This document shows, one piece after another, positions 52,101 to 63,183 of a DNA stretch of 64,000 nt. Under the pieces are notes generated by a model. The model was not told where the DNA came from. It searched no databases and was given only the letters and a program-made list of their open reading frames with translations. This DNA is from Oopsacas minuta. Its lineage: Eukaryota; Animalia; Porifera. A program made the position numbers and the translations under genes. The stretch covers positions 926,898 through 990,897 of the forward strand of contig JAKMXF010000022.1 in assembly GCA_024704765.1 (NCBI GenBank). The letters are read 5' to 3'. Positions within the stretch are counted from its first letter, which is position 1; the number at the start of each line of letters is the position of its first letter.

Positions 52101-55100
52101 CCTAGAGCCAACTTCCCCTCCCCTAGTAACTCAACTAACACATCATTCCGCCAGGATATCATGGTCCCTCCCATCTAGTCTCTCAGTACCACACTCAGAC
52201 AGGCCCTGTTTCCAAATAGAGCTGCAAATGTGCTCCTCAGACGCTAGCAAAGAAAATCCACAGAAAACTATCTACCAGGGTTATGCTCTATTCTGTAACT
52301 ACGATGAACTCGTGAGTAGTCAGAGGTACCGGGTCCGTGTCTGCTACAAGTACAAAGGAGAGGTGTCTCCATGGTCCGGGGCATCCTGGTTCGATACTCA
52401 TCCCCTTCCCTCTACGGGGAAGGATGTACACCGTGCAATAAACAACTGGAATGAAGACCAGTTGATCGAGTTATTGAGAGAAGATAAAGTGAGTGTAGAT
52501 ATACCGAATGATGAAGGATTATCTCCTCTAATGAACTCTGCTAAAAAAGGTTACACCAACATAGCTAAAGTATTGCTAGACTATGGAGCTGATACTACAT
52601 TCACTACAAGCAGTGGAAAGACAGCAATATCAATGGCCTGTTTTCATGGACACGTGGAGATGGTAGAGTTGTTGATATCATACCACGCACCCTGGGATAT
52701 CCCTGTGAAGTCAGGACTATACCCTATACACTCAGCTGTTTCAGGGGGAAACTTAGAAGTGGTGAGGTTCTTCCTAGACAAAGGTGTGTGTGTAGATCTG
52801 TTGGAAGTTGGTACAAAATGGACCCCTCTCATGAGGGGTGTGGTAGTGGGTACTACATTAGAAATACTAGAACTGCTTCTAGAGAAAGGTGCTTCTACTT
52901 CCGTGAGGGACGACGAGTACAAGACTCCACTCATGCTCGCGGTTATTAACGGAAGAGAGGAAATAGTAGAGCTCCTACTCAAGTTTGGATCTGACCCTCA
53001 TCTAAGCAACAAGTACAGCAAAAATGCTGTGGATTTCGCGAGAACTCTCTCAGCTGATGGAATTGCTCACAGCGTTCAGAGACATGTCAGAATTCTGAAA
53101 ATGCTTGAAGAATACAAAAGTTAATTTCGTTATTCCCCAAGGAATTTGAAACAACAACATCCTTATTATTTCTTAAATATTTCTCGTGATTTCCCGATTA
53201 ACGAAATTCTAAATTATGTATTCTATCAAGCAATTATTATTTTAACATTTGTTATTCAGACGGGACAGCGCTAATTTCTTAAGTGTAATTAGTTCAGCTC
53301 TACATGCCATACTTTTACTCTATAATTCTGGAGTTGTCATTAGTTCAATACAATCAATGACAAATCTCAATAGGTAGGGCCGGTAGAACTAACGACAACT
53401 TAAGAAATCCGCACTTTGCATACCTTCTAAATAAGGAGGGATACACATGGAAATATTTTATTTGTAGACCCAAGTCATTTCCAGGGATTAGTCAAACAAT
53501 TTCTCAACAAATTGTTGGGTTTTTTATCGGTCAGCAAAATGTTGTACTGTATAATAGCTTCTATGAGAGTTTAGAGACGGTTGCTTTTCATGCTTCATGA
53601 GAATTTCTACTTAGTGCTTTTAAGATGCTATGATCTGCCTCTAATGTATTTTTAAAATATGTAGGAAATAGAAAAATACAATATTTAAATCGTAAAAGTA
53701 CGAAGATCAATTCTTACCTCTTCAATAACTTTGCAATGTCCGACTTTAACTTTATCAGGATTATGGAACGTAGATATAATCTCTCCATCTAATGCTCTAG
53801 CTAGCCGCTCTACTCCCTCAAAGTCTGCATGTTCTATTGCCATTACTCCAGAATCTGCAAACAGCTGTTCAGGATAATTATATATCAGCTGTCTGTTTAC
53901 AAATACATTGATATTGTGTTTTAGAATTAATTCAACTTTTTCTTTCATTTTCTGTTTCTCTGCCAACTCCAATTGAGCTACCTATACAATAGTTATCAAC
54001 AATTAATGTGTGTACAAATTTATGGTATTTATTTTGGAAATTCCATATCAGCTGTCGTTATTTCTCGAGGGATTTTACTAAGTATGAAATTTCGAATGGC
54101 GGAAGTTGATTGCAGGGAAAAATGGTCGCGGAAACATCCAAGCAGGTGTAACCACTAATCCAGAGTAAATCCCCACTCTAACCAAGCCAAGAGTGCCTCA
54201 AAATGAGCTAGAACAATGACGAATTCTCCCCGCGACTATTTTCCTTCACAACGGCAATTTTCAGTGTTGAGAAAGGTTAATTTATCAGTTGTAGAAGGAC
54301 ATACTCTATGTTCGTCAAAAATTATAGAGAAAGGTTTGAAAACATGATAATCGACAAGAGGAATAAAAATATGGTAAACACAACGCACTGTCATGACCAA
54401 GTTTTGTAACAAAATTATATCTCAATACAGCTAGCTATACAGTCAACTCTCGTTATACCGAACCTCTAGAGACCCTCATATAAGCAGGCGTAATTCAATT
54501 GCAGAATTCAATATAGTAGTCATTTCGTTGTATCCTTGCTAGTTATAACAGGAGTTGACTGTATAAATATTCATTGAGTGAAGTCCCAAAGAAGTAGTTT
54601 ATGTTAAATCACCTTAGCAGTTGAATCCACACGGACTCTAGTACCAAACACTTTAACCTTGTCAGTATCCATCTGAGTATTAGCAATCAGGATACGACAA
54701 TCTTCCATTCTCTTAGGTTGATTTACTCCAATCTTCTTCTCCAATAAGAATCCCTCGTCTAGATATGAGTCTAACATTGTTCCTCCTAACTTCTTAACTA
54801 TACTTATCAGTTCTAAGCTAGAAGTAGGATCTTCTTTGTTCCATACACGCTGCATAGCATTTACTGCGAGGTTAGCAAAGTGTAGTTTATGTTGAGAAAT
54901 AATCTTAGAAGAGATAGTAGTCTCAGCGATCTGCTGGAGATCATCTCGTAGATTATCCTAGCGAATACAGCAATCACGATACAATACAATGCACCCCTGT
55001 TAGATATTATCTACTCAATACTTGCATCATAAAATATGATATATACATACATATTCTTAAGTATCTAACAGGGTTGCTGTGGGAGTAAAATTTCAATCCC

Positions 55101-56713
55101 CATCCCCATAAAGCGACGAATGCAAGCGAGGTCGTTAGCGTCTCTGTGAGTCATATCTCGTTTCCACAAAAGACTAAAGTTAATATGTTAGATGAAGAAA
55201 AAGTAATCTCTATTGTACTATTAGCTAGTTTATAAACTCTGTAGCTGAATTACATTGAGTAAATAGTGAAATAATGACAATATTGTTGCAATAGCCAAAC
55301 AGATGAGGGCGGTGGAGCTGAAACATATTTCCAACTAACAGTGGCCTAATCGACAACTCGACTTAGTTGGGAGACATTTGCTAGAACAAACTTGTCCTAA
55401 TTAAGCTGCGTTGACTGTATTGAATATTATGTATTAATGGAGTGTAGTGTATTAATGGAGTGTATTAATGGAGTGTATTAATGGAGTGTATTGCATTAGC
55501 AGTTTTAATATTAATGCTTTAGCTTCATAATTTATTCATCAATTTGTTGATAATATTCTGAGAATCTAAGCTAAAATGAGAGGAAATAAAGTGAGAGTCG
55601 ATGATCAGCTTGTGTTATAATTAATCCTGTAAAGTAGTAATTACTCACCTCAGTACACTCTCTAGCCGCTTCGGAGAGAGCGCGTCTACCAACTTCCAAA
55701 CCCTGTCTCCACCCCGATATAATAGTCTGAGGGTGTAGCTTACGAGCAACCAGAAATTCAGCTTGTCTCAGAAGCTCTGACGTCAGAACAACAACACTTG
55801 TAGTGCCGTCTCCAACCTCTGAATCTTGAACTCTGCTAATGTCTACCAGGACCTTTAGAAGCGAGCAAATTCATAATATGGAATAATTTATCAGATTGTA
55901 CGAGTCTGCAACAAATCCATGAAGACAAGAATTATTATGTAAATATATCCAACGTGTATTTACCAAATCAATTCGCTTCGGACCACTGATAGGTGAAGAT
56001 AGCCAAATCTGTCTATTAATAACAATAGTACATATTGGTACAGAGGCAGAATCGGGCAATCGGAATTTAAAGCGTTACCACTGTACTCACCAGCCACAGG
56101 TCAGCCTGGGACCAGACTTGGGGATGATTACTTGCGGTGATTACAATTACAATTATCATTACAATTAAGATCACATCCTTCAAAAATATTTCATTATGAT
56201 TACAGGAATGTAATCTATACTATTAAAAACGCAATTAATCTGTGTATATATGTGTTTGTGTGTCCAGAATTGATTGAAGAAACTGGAAGACACCCAGGGC
56301 TGATTTTTGGCATACAGGGGTATTTTGGGACTGGCTCGGACAAGTCCGAGAAAGGCCCCCCACCCCCAAGTAGAACCCTGCTTAGCTGCTTAGCAGAAGT
56401 GACCTAGCTAAGCTCTGTAAAGTCTAGCACCCCAATCCACTATAACTCTGACACTATGGATACAAACCTTAGCAGCAGGATTGTCCACTCCAATAGCCTT
56501 CATGATAGTAGCCCCATCATTAGTGATCTGTACTGATTCCTGAGCAGAAGGACCTCTACTACAGAGGATCTTATCCATGCCTTTAGGCCCCAGGGTGCTC
56601 TTCACTAGGTCTCCAATAGCTATAGCTCCTACGAATGAGGAGAGTCTAGCTGTCTCTCCTTTCTCCTCGTCTGCTCCCATGCTATAGATCGGAACTGGTT
56701 GAAGTGATGTCAT
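49103..56713 (-). CDS. CCT2: T-complex protein 1 subunit beta; exons 56713-56468, 55852-55649, 54957-54613, 53981-53718, 49657-49103; 537 aa
   Basis: [61 protein letters not shown] and C-terminal [11 protein letters not shown]. All four introns are phase 0 and GT-AG. Confidence 0.96.
50568..50665 (-). mobile_element. Complete 98-bp mini-Helitron
   Basis: The minus strand reads A|TCTATATTAG...GTTTGTTTGTCC...TCGCGAAGCGA...CTAG|T. This gives a canonical 5' TC, a 3' hairpin plus CTAG, an A/T insertion site and no TSD. Confidence 0.75.
50718..50807 (+). repeat. Degenerate 10-bp tandem (GCTGGAAACT) of about 9 units
   Basis: Directly visible imperfect tandem array. Confidence 0.8.
51196..51306 (+). 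mobile_element. Second mini-Helitron copy, inverted relative to 50568-50665
   Basis: Shares AATCTCAATTG...GTTGAATACCTCGAGG...TCGCGAAGCGAC and ends CTCG|T. The 5' end is degenerate. Confidence 0.65.
52054..53124 (+). CDS. FANK1: Fibronectin type III and ankyrin repeat protein (intronless, nested antisense in CCT2 intron 4)
   Basis: 356 aa with an N-terminal FN3 domain ([10 protein letters not shown]...YRVRV...SPWS) followed by about 5-6 ankyrin repeats ([37 protein letters not shown]). Confidence 0.88.
   Translation: MPKWSLSTFVPEDSSSLEPTSPPLVTQLTHHSARISWSLPSSLSVPHSDRPCFQIELQMCSSDASKENPQKTIYQGYALFCNYDELVSSQRYRVRVCYKYKGEVSPWSGASWFDTHPLPSTGKDVHRAINNWNEDQLIELLREDKVSVDIPNDEGLSPLMNSAKKGYTNIAKVLLDYGADTTFTTSSGKTAISMACFHGHVEMVELLISYHAPWDIPVKSGLYPIHSAVSGGNLEVVRFFLDKGVCVDLLEVGTKWTPLMRGVVVGTTLEILELLLEKGASTSVRDDEYKTPLMLAVINGREEIVELLLKFGSDPHLSNKYSKNAVDFARTLSADGIAHSVQRHVRILKMLEEYKS
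54440..54561. mobile_element. CAGTCAACTC-family MITE in CCT2 intron 3
   Basis: TA|CAGTCAACTCTCGTTATA...TATAACAGGAGTTGACTG|TA. Confidence 0.85.
55431..55492 (+). repeat. 13-bp tandem (GTATTAATGGAGT) of about 4 units
   Basis: Visible tandem in CCT2 intron 2. Confidence 0.85.
56214..56407 (+). mobile_element. Non-autonomous Helitron in CCT2 intron 1
   Basis: A|TCTATACTATTAAAAACG start, a GTGTTTGTGTGTCC tract, then a CTGC-TTA-GCAG hairpin and CTAG. The 3' flank is not the canonical T. Confidence 0.55.
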
Positions 56714-58266
56714 TCTAATGAACGCTATATATTCTAAGTCGTAAAATTATCATACAAGTAATACCATCTACACCTTCAGTTAAAGTTAACATGATGTTTT
56801 ATATAATAATAATGAATATTATGTGTTCAGTGTATTTGAAATAAGAGTGGAAATACTCCAAGTTGTATACCAATCCTGCCATCGACTGTTTATACAAATA
56901 CATCTTCAAAAATAATAATAATAATAATATCAAAGGTATGCCATAGCCTACACTACATAAGGCCTGTAAGTTGTGGATTTTGGACTAGGGATACGTAACT
57001 CGATGAAACAAATTCTATGTGATTTCTATTTAGCATTAATGGTGCTATTTTACCGAATAAATGTATTGCATATTTGTAGAGTAATTAATTATCAACCATT
57101 TTATGCTAAAAATTTCAAGAATGTGGCAAAATATGTGTCTAGTAAGCAATTTTTTGTGAAAATATGCCATTATTCTATGCCTGGAAGAACCTTAAATATT
57201 CATTTGTATTTCAAAGTGAACATAAGAATGATCTATATATAGATAATTCATACAAAATACAAAAAAATTGTCATACAAAAGTTGATTACTTCTTGAGTTA
57301 TTGGAGCGACCAGGGTTGACACATTTTTCTGATAATCCACTTATAACTCGATAATACTAATTGAAATTATGGAACACTCATGCACTAGACTAGAGTAATG
57401 ATATTAAGCAGGATCCACGGTATAAGTCTAAGACGAGATAATATGATTAAATAAAAATTGGGTAGATTTGAAAATTACAAATTTGAATCTACATCCTCGA
57501 GTACCCCTAACTTGCCGTTTTAAATGAAATTTCCAGGATAATTTTGAAAATACATATATGCAAAAAAAGGTGTGTAATGTGATTAATATGTGATAAATCT
57601 GTTTATTTGTAACTTTCATGATCTGAAAATGTCAGAATTGGACTCTACGTACTCAAATATCCCTGACAAGATGTTGAAAGCTAACTTCAAGATTTCCTTT
57701 TTAATCTTATAACAGGTGTTATAATATCATTTAATACACAAACTTGTGAAAACTAGATGCACTCACTAAATCAAACTGCTAGGACTATGTGTCTGTTTGT
57801 CAGTTTTCAATTTGAATTATGGTTTGGTTTAATCCGATAATGTCATATCGTGTTTATCAACATCTCTCAATGGATATACAAGAGTAATACTGATCCATAG
57901 CTATGACTTAGCTATATATATAAGTTATTTGATATCATCTGAATATTGCATATTCAAGTTGTCATAAGCAAGTTTTGTTATTTTATGAATAACGTAAAAA
58001 ATGAATAAATAATAAAATTAGACCCGAAGGTGCTGTCAATTTGACGGAAAATTTACTAAATTATCTAACTAAGGGAATAAAGTTCAGTAAGGGAGTTGTC
58101 ATAGGCGATCTACAATGCTCTTCAAACCCAAAGGAGTTTTATACAAGTTCTTTGACGATAAAAATTAAATAAATAAATAAGTATATATGTTGTTAAAGAG
58201 GTTACTTTACACACAGTACTCACCTCGTTAATTAGATTAACAAGAGTGTACTCTGTGTACGTAAAA

Positions 58267-59808
58267 TTAATCTTGCACTACATACACATAGCTACGGTAG
58301 TTGGTGTATATCCGTATAATATCTTTAACAGCTATTCTTGTGATAAAGAGAGCTGATAAAATCATACCAGCTATCATAACGTAGAGTACAGCATTTACAC
58401 CTAGCTGGAAAACAACTCCAATAAGAGACACTGTAATACTAGCTCCCACAGATCCTGAGAAATTAATTATACCATTCATTGTAGCTATAGCTCGTTTATT
58501 CTGTTCCATGATCTTCTTATTTCTCCCTAAATCAATAGACACACAGCTCAGTATCAGAGCATGTGTTCCATTTACTGTAAACCCAATAAAGAACAGACAT
58601 ATTAAATTCGCAGCTAAATGAATACTATTCACAATACTATACACATATATCAATACAGCACCAATGTACAGGTAGATAGTACAGATCAGGGAGTAGCTGT
58701 GTAGTTTGTCGGCTATAAATCCGCCTGTTACAACACCAAATATGCTTCCGATATCGAATAGGATTGAGAATACTGCGGAAAGTGATGACTGGTAACTAAT
58801 TCCTCCAATAACAGTGTTTCTGATCAAATAAGGTAGCCAGAATAGGAAAGTATAGTAAACTGATTTATTGAAAAAGAAAGTTATAGCGAATTCAATGACA
58901 CCAGGGATTAACAAAGCTCTCCAAATCTTAATACCATTTTTTCCTGACTTTATCTCATTATTCACTGATTTAGCATTCTTATTCTTACTAAGATTTATGC
59001 CAACATAATCTGGATATGGAACAAGAAAGAGAAAAACTAGAATAACTGCGATTAGAATTAAACTAGAAATCAAAATGTAGGAATATCCCCAAGGACCATC
59101 TGCGAAAATCGCAGGAAGTAATCCACCTAAAATTCTCCCTACTCCGCTATAAGTCGCCCAGAGCGAAATAATAGTATTTTTCCTCTTACAGCCATGAAAC
59201 CAAATTCCAATAACTGCAAAACAACTGGAATACACCGCAGCACTGACACCATACAATATTTGTATTACTAGAAAATATGGGAACGAATGAATGGACAAAA
59301 AGTATGCTGACCCGAATAGTAACATTAGAATAACTACATTCGATCCACCAATAGTTAAAACATACCGGTAGTTAAGATGATCTGCTATATTCCCTAATAT
59401 AAGTGTACTTAATGTAAAAGGTATTAGAAATGCTCCATCTAATGCTCCTATGAGGGAAGTACCGTAATCACCTATAAAAGGATCCCAACATGTACAATTC
59501 TGTGGTATATCATAAACAATAGTTGTATTGATCTGTCTACAGCATGGAGGATTGAGTGTACCTTTTATAACTCCAAATGATCGTATAGAAATAGCCCATG
59601 AAATATTGAAATAATAGAGAATTAGCCATGAAGCTAGCATGTAACATCTTCTCTTCGTAGTCCCAGAACAATGTTTTATTAATGAAGATTTCTCTAACAG
59701 GTGAATAAGGAAAGGAACTTTAAAATAATCTGTCTTGATCCCAATAGTCTGTCTAAACCAAGATAATTTATTTCGCAAATCTGAGCATCTCTTCTTATCT
59801 GCCTCCAT
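58267..59808 (-). CDS. SLC37-family MFS sugar-phosphate exchanger (intronless)
   Basis: 513 aa with about 12 TM segments, including WDPF...GALDGAF, GNIADHLNYRYVL, IPGVIEF...KSVYYTFLFWLP and FDIGSIFGVVTGGFIAD. Confidence 0.85.
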   Translation of the reverse strand: MEADKKRCSDLRNKLSWFRQTIGIKTDYFKVPFLIHLLEKSSLIKHCSGTTKRRCYMLASWLILYYFNISWAISIRSFGVIKGTLNPPCCRQINTTIVYDIPQNCTCWDPFIGDYGTSLIGALDGAFLIPFTLSTLILGNIADHLNYRYVLTIGGSNVVILMLLFGSAYFLSIHSFPYFLVIQILYGVSAAVYSSCFAVIGIWFHGCKRKNTIISLWATYSGVGRILGGLLPAIFADGPWGYSYILISSLILIAVILVFLFLVPYPDYVGINLSKNKNAKSVNNEIKSGKNGIKIWRALLIPGVIEFAITFFFNKSVYYTFLFWLPYLIRNTVIGGISYQSSLSAVFSILFDIGSIFGVVTGGFIADKLHSYSLICTIYLYIGAVLIYVYSIVNSIHLAANLICLFFIGFTVNGTHALILSCVSIDLGRNKKIMEQNKRAIATMNGIINFSGSVGASITVSLIGVVFQLGVNAVLYVMIAGMILSALFITRIAVKDIIRIYTNYRSYVYVVQD

Positions 59809-59965
59809 TTCCGAATTAAACTTAAAATAACTATAAATACGATATAAATATTATTAGTAATAACTATACAAACTAAATTTCCCTAAATTAACTGCACACA
59901 TTCATAAAAATTAAACATAAAAGTGATATTCGGAAGAAGTACATAGTGTGTATATACTATAACTA

Positions 59966-62905
59966 CTATTTAGTTTGTGAATCAGCCTTTATAAGATCTT
60001 GATGTGTGAGAATCAAATTCCTGTCTCCATGCACGTCATCAACTCTACTACAATTTGGCCAGAACTTTTCTTGTGTTACCCAGGGAAGTGGGAACGCTGC
60101 TTTCTCCCTTGTATAAGGGTGTGTCCATTCACTAGCCATCAGTCTGGGGATAGAATGAGGTGAATTTTTCAATACATTATCATCTAATGGGTACTCTTTA
60201 TTTACAACTTCATTTATTTCCTTCTTAATTTGAATCAGAGCATCACAATATCTATCCAGCTGTTTCTTATTTTCACTCTCTGTCGGTTCAATCATTAGAT
60301 TATCATGTACAGGCCAATGCATGGTAGGAGCATGAAATCCATAGTCTTGTAATCTCTTAGCAATATCAGTAGCATCAATTCCGCTCTTTATATGCAGACT
60401 ACGTATATCTAATAGCACTTCATGTGCTGTAAATCCGTGTGTACCGTGAAATAATATCTTGAAATGTTCCTCTAGTCGTCTACGCATATAGTTACTATTC
60501 AGAATCGCGATTAATGAAGCTTGTTTCAAACCATTAGGACCCATCATACGAATATATGCCCATGTGATTAATAGGATAAGAGAGGAACCAAATGGAGCAG
60601 CTGATACGGTGCCTAGAGAGCGAGTAGTGTCTACATCTGTCTCAATAACTGGATGAGTAGGGAGATAAGGGATTAAATGTTTCTTTACACCAATTGGTCC
60701 CATCCCTGGTCCGCCTCCACCGTGAGGTATACAGAAGGTTTTATGTAGATTAAAGTGTGACACATCTCCCCCGTAGTCTCCAGGACGTGCAAGACCAACT
60801 TGAGCGTTCATATTAGCCCCATCAATATACACCTGTCCTCCTGAATTGTGTATTATGTCACACATGTCAGTAATTGACTCGTCAAATACACCATTAGTTG
60901 ATGGGTATGTGAACATAGCAACAGCTAGCCTGTCTGAGTATGTATCAACTTTTCGCTTCATATCATCTAGATCTATACTACCTACGTCAGTACTGCTGAT
61001 GTATACTGTCTCTAGACCGGCTAGTTTTGAACTAGCCGGGTTGGTACCATGTGCAGAGGAGGGGACAAGGCAAACAGTCCTCTGTGTTTCCCCTATACTC
61101 TCCAGATACCTCCTGATAGCTAAGAGACCAGCGTATTCCCCTTGAGACCCACTATTCGACTGGAAACTGATCTTATCGTAACCAGTCATGTTAATCAAGT
61201 CATTTTCTAATTCATTCAAGATCTGTTGATATCCTACAGCCTGACTGAATGGAACGAAAGGATGAATATTAGCGAATTCTGGGAAAGTGATCGGGATCAT
61301 TTCAGTTGCAGCATTTAGCTTCATCGTACAGGAGCCGAGAGGGATCATACTATTACAGAGTCCATAGTCCAATATCTCTAGTTTACGTACATACCGCATG
61401 AAGCTAGTTTCTGAGTGGTAATCCCTGAATACAGGAAATTGTAATATAGGAGTAGTCCGTGCTAACTTAGAATCATGCAGATTCCTGATACCTGTTACAT
61501 CCGGTATGATATTGTGTGCACCCGTGAATACCCACTTCAAATCTGACAAATCCTTCTGTGACACAGTCTCATCTAGTGACACACCCAGATATTCATCTCC
61601 AGGATAAACTCTAAGATTAATATTCCTCAATCTAGCTCGTGTTAATATACCCTTCCTCTCAGAAGGATTACATTCTACTAGCAGAGTATCAAAGAAGTAT
61701 TTATTCTTTATATTCATACCAGCTCCTTGTATAGTGGATGCTAGCTCTGTTGTCTTATGATGAACATCAGCTGCGATATCCTTCATGCCCTGGGGTCCGT
61801 GATAAACCGCGTAGAAAGAAGCTACATTAGCTAACAAAGCTTGAGCGGTGCAGATATTGCTAGTAGCTTTATCTCTCTTTATGTGTTGCTCTCTAGCTTG
61901 TAGAGTTAATCTGTACACAGGTTTACCTTCTGTATCTCTGCTTACACCGATCAAACGACCAGGCAGGTTCCTGACCAGTTTTCTCTTCGCGGCTAGGAAC
62001 CCAGCATGAGGTCCCCCGTACCCCATGGGTACACCAAACCTCTGAGAAGACCCCACCGCCACATCAACATTCATCTCTCCAACCGGTTTGATAATTGTAC
62101 TAGCGAGGAGGTCAGTAGCTACCACCACCAGACCTCCTTGTTTATGTATTTTATCTGTTAGAGCTGTTAGATCAATGACAGAGCCTTGAGTATCAGGACA
62201 CTGTAGCAATACACCTGCTAGCTCATCTGTATACAGGTTTGTATCTTTACTGTATAAGTCTACAATATATGACTTAATTCCTAAGCTATTAGCACGTGTC
62301 ATTACTGTAGCTATAGTCTGAGGATGACATAACTCGTCAATCAGGAAAACTTTCTTCTTAGTTTGTCTTACACAAATCCCCATAGCCTCAGCTGCTGCTG
62401 TAGCTTCATCTAGCATACTGGCATTAGCTACATCTAATGCTGTAAGGTTAGTAACCATTGATTGGAAATTGAATAGAGCTTCCATTCTCCCTTGAGATAT
62501 CTCAGCTTGATAGGGTGTGTAAGGTGTGTACCAAGCAGGGTTCTCTAGCACGTTACGGAGAATAGGAGATGGTATGTGACAGCCGTAATATCCCATACCG
62601 ATATAAGATCTGAATTGTTTGTTCATATTTCCAATTTCTTTAATACGAGCTAGTAGCTCCGCTTCTGTCAGAGGCTCTGCTATATCTAGAGGTTTTGTAT
62701 ATAGGATTTGTGTTGGAATAGTATTTTTGATAAGTTCATTCAAGCTCGAGACCCCACAAGTATCTAACATTGCTTTAGTTTCACTCTCTCTTGGACCGAT
62801 GTGTCTCCTGACGAAGCTTTTTGTAGATGCTCTAAAGATGGTAACCACATTGGTAGCTAGGAATGTACGGTGTCTCTGTACAGCTCGTGGGAGGAGATGT
62901 AACAT
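59966..62905 (-). CDS. GLDC: Glycine dehydrogenase (glycine cleavage P protein), intronless
   Basis: 979 aa with FVRRHIGP, YTPYQAEISQGRMEAL, RDKATSNICTAQALLAN, MIPLGSCTMKLN, the PLP motif SHFNLHKTFCIPHGGGGPG, and LMIEPTESE. Confidence 0.98.
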   Translation of the reverse strand: MLHLLPRAVQRHRTFLATNVVTIFRASTKSFVRRHIGPRESETKAMLDTCGVSSLNELIKNTIPTQILYTKPLDIAEPLTEAELLARIKEIGNMNKQFRSYIGMGYYGCHIPSPILRNVLENPAWYTPYTPYQAEISQGRMEALFNFQSMVTNLTALDVANASMLDEATAAAEAMGICVRQTKKKVFLIDELCHPQTIATVMTRANSLGIKSYIVDLYSKDTNLYTDELAGVLLQCPDTQGSVIDLTALTDKIHKQGGLVVVATDLLASTIIKPVGEMNVDVAVGSSQRFGVPMGYGGPHAGFLAAKRKLVRNLPGRLIGVSRDTEGKPVYRLTLQAREQHIKRDKATSNICTAQALLANVASFYAVYHGPQGMKDIAADVHHKTTELASTIQGAGMNIKNKYFFDTLLVECNPSERKGILTRARLRNINLRVYPGDEYLGVSLDETVSQKDLSDLKWVFTGAHNIIPDVTGIRNLHDSKLARTTPILQFPVFRDYHSETSFMRYVRKLEILDYGLCNSMIPLGSCTMKLNAATEMIPITFPEFANIHPFVPFSQAVGYQQILNELENDLINMTGYDKISFQSNSGSQGEYAGLLAIRRYLESIGETQRTVCLVPSSAHGTNPASSKLAGLETVYISSTDVGSIDLDDMKRKVDTYSDRLAVAMFTYPSTNGVFDESITDMCDIIHNSGGQVYIDGANMNAQVGLARPGDYGGDVSHFNLHKTFCIPHGGGGPGMGPIGVKKHLIPYLPTHPVIETDVDTTRSLGTVSAAPFGSSLILLITWAYIRMMGPNGLKQASLIAILNSNYMRRRLEEHFKILFHGTHGFTAHEVLLDIRSLHIKSGIDATDIAKRLQDYGFHAPTMHWPVHDNLMIEPTESENKKQLDRYCDALIQIKKEINEVVNKEYPLDDNVLKNSPHSIPRLMASEWTHPYTREKAAFPLPWVTQEKFWPNCSRVDDVHGDRNLILTHQDLIKADSQTK

Positions 62906-63183
62906 CCTGGAGTTTTCGGCTATAAAATATAATTATAGAAAAGTTACTTAGACCTCAAAACTAAGGAAAGTTGTATATACACACTAAATAAGAATAACTT
63001 GTTAACAGTATATATACACATAAAACTGTTTGTTGATGGTAAGCACATGACAATAATGTGATGATGACAGGCTAAAGAACCGTGGTAGTATATGGGGAAT
63101 GTCATGTCAGTGTAACTGTACTTTCTTATAAGAATTACATCAATTAGATTTAAGTAGGAGATTATTAGATTTGATAAGTTTCT

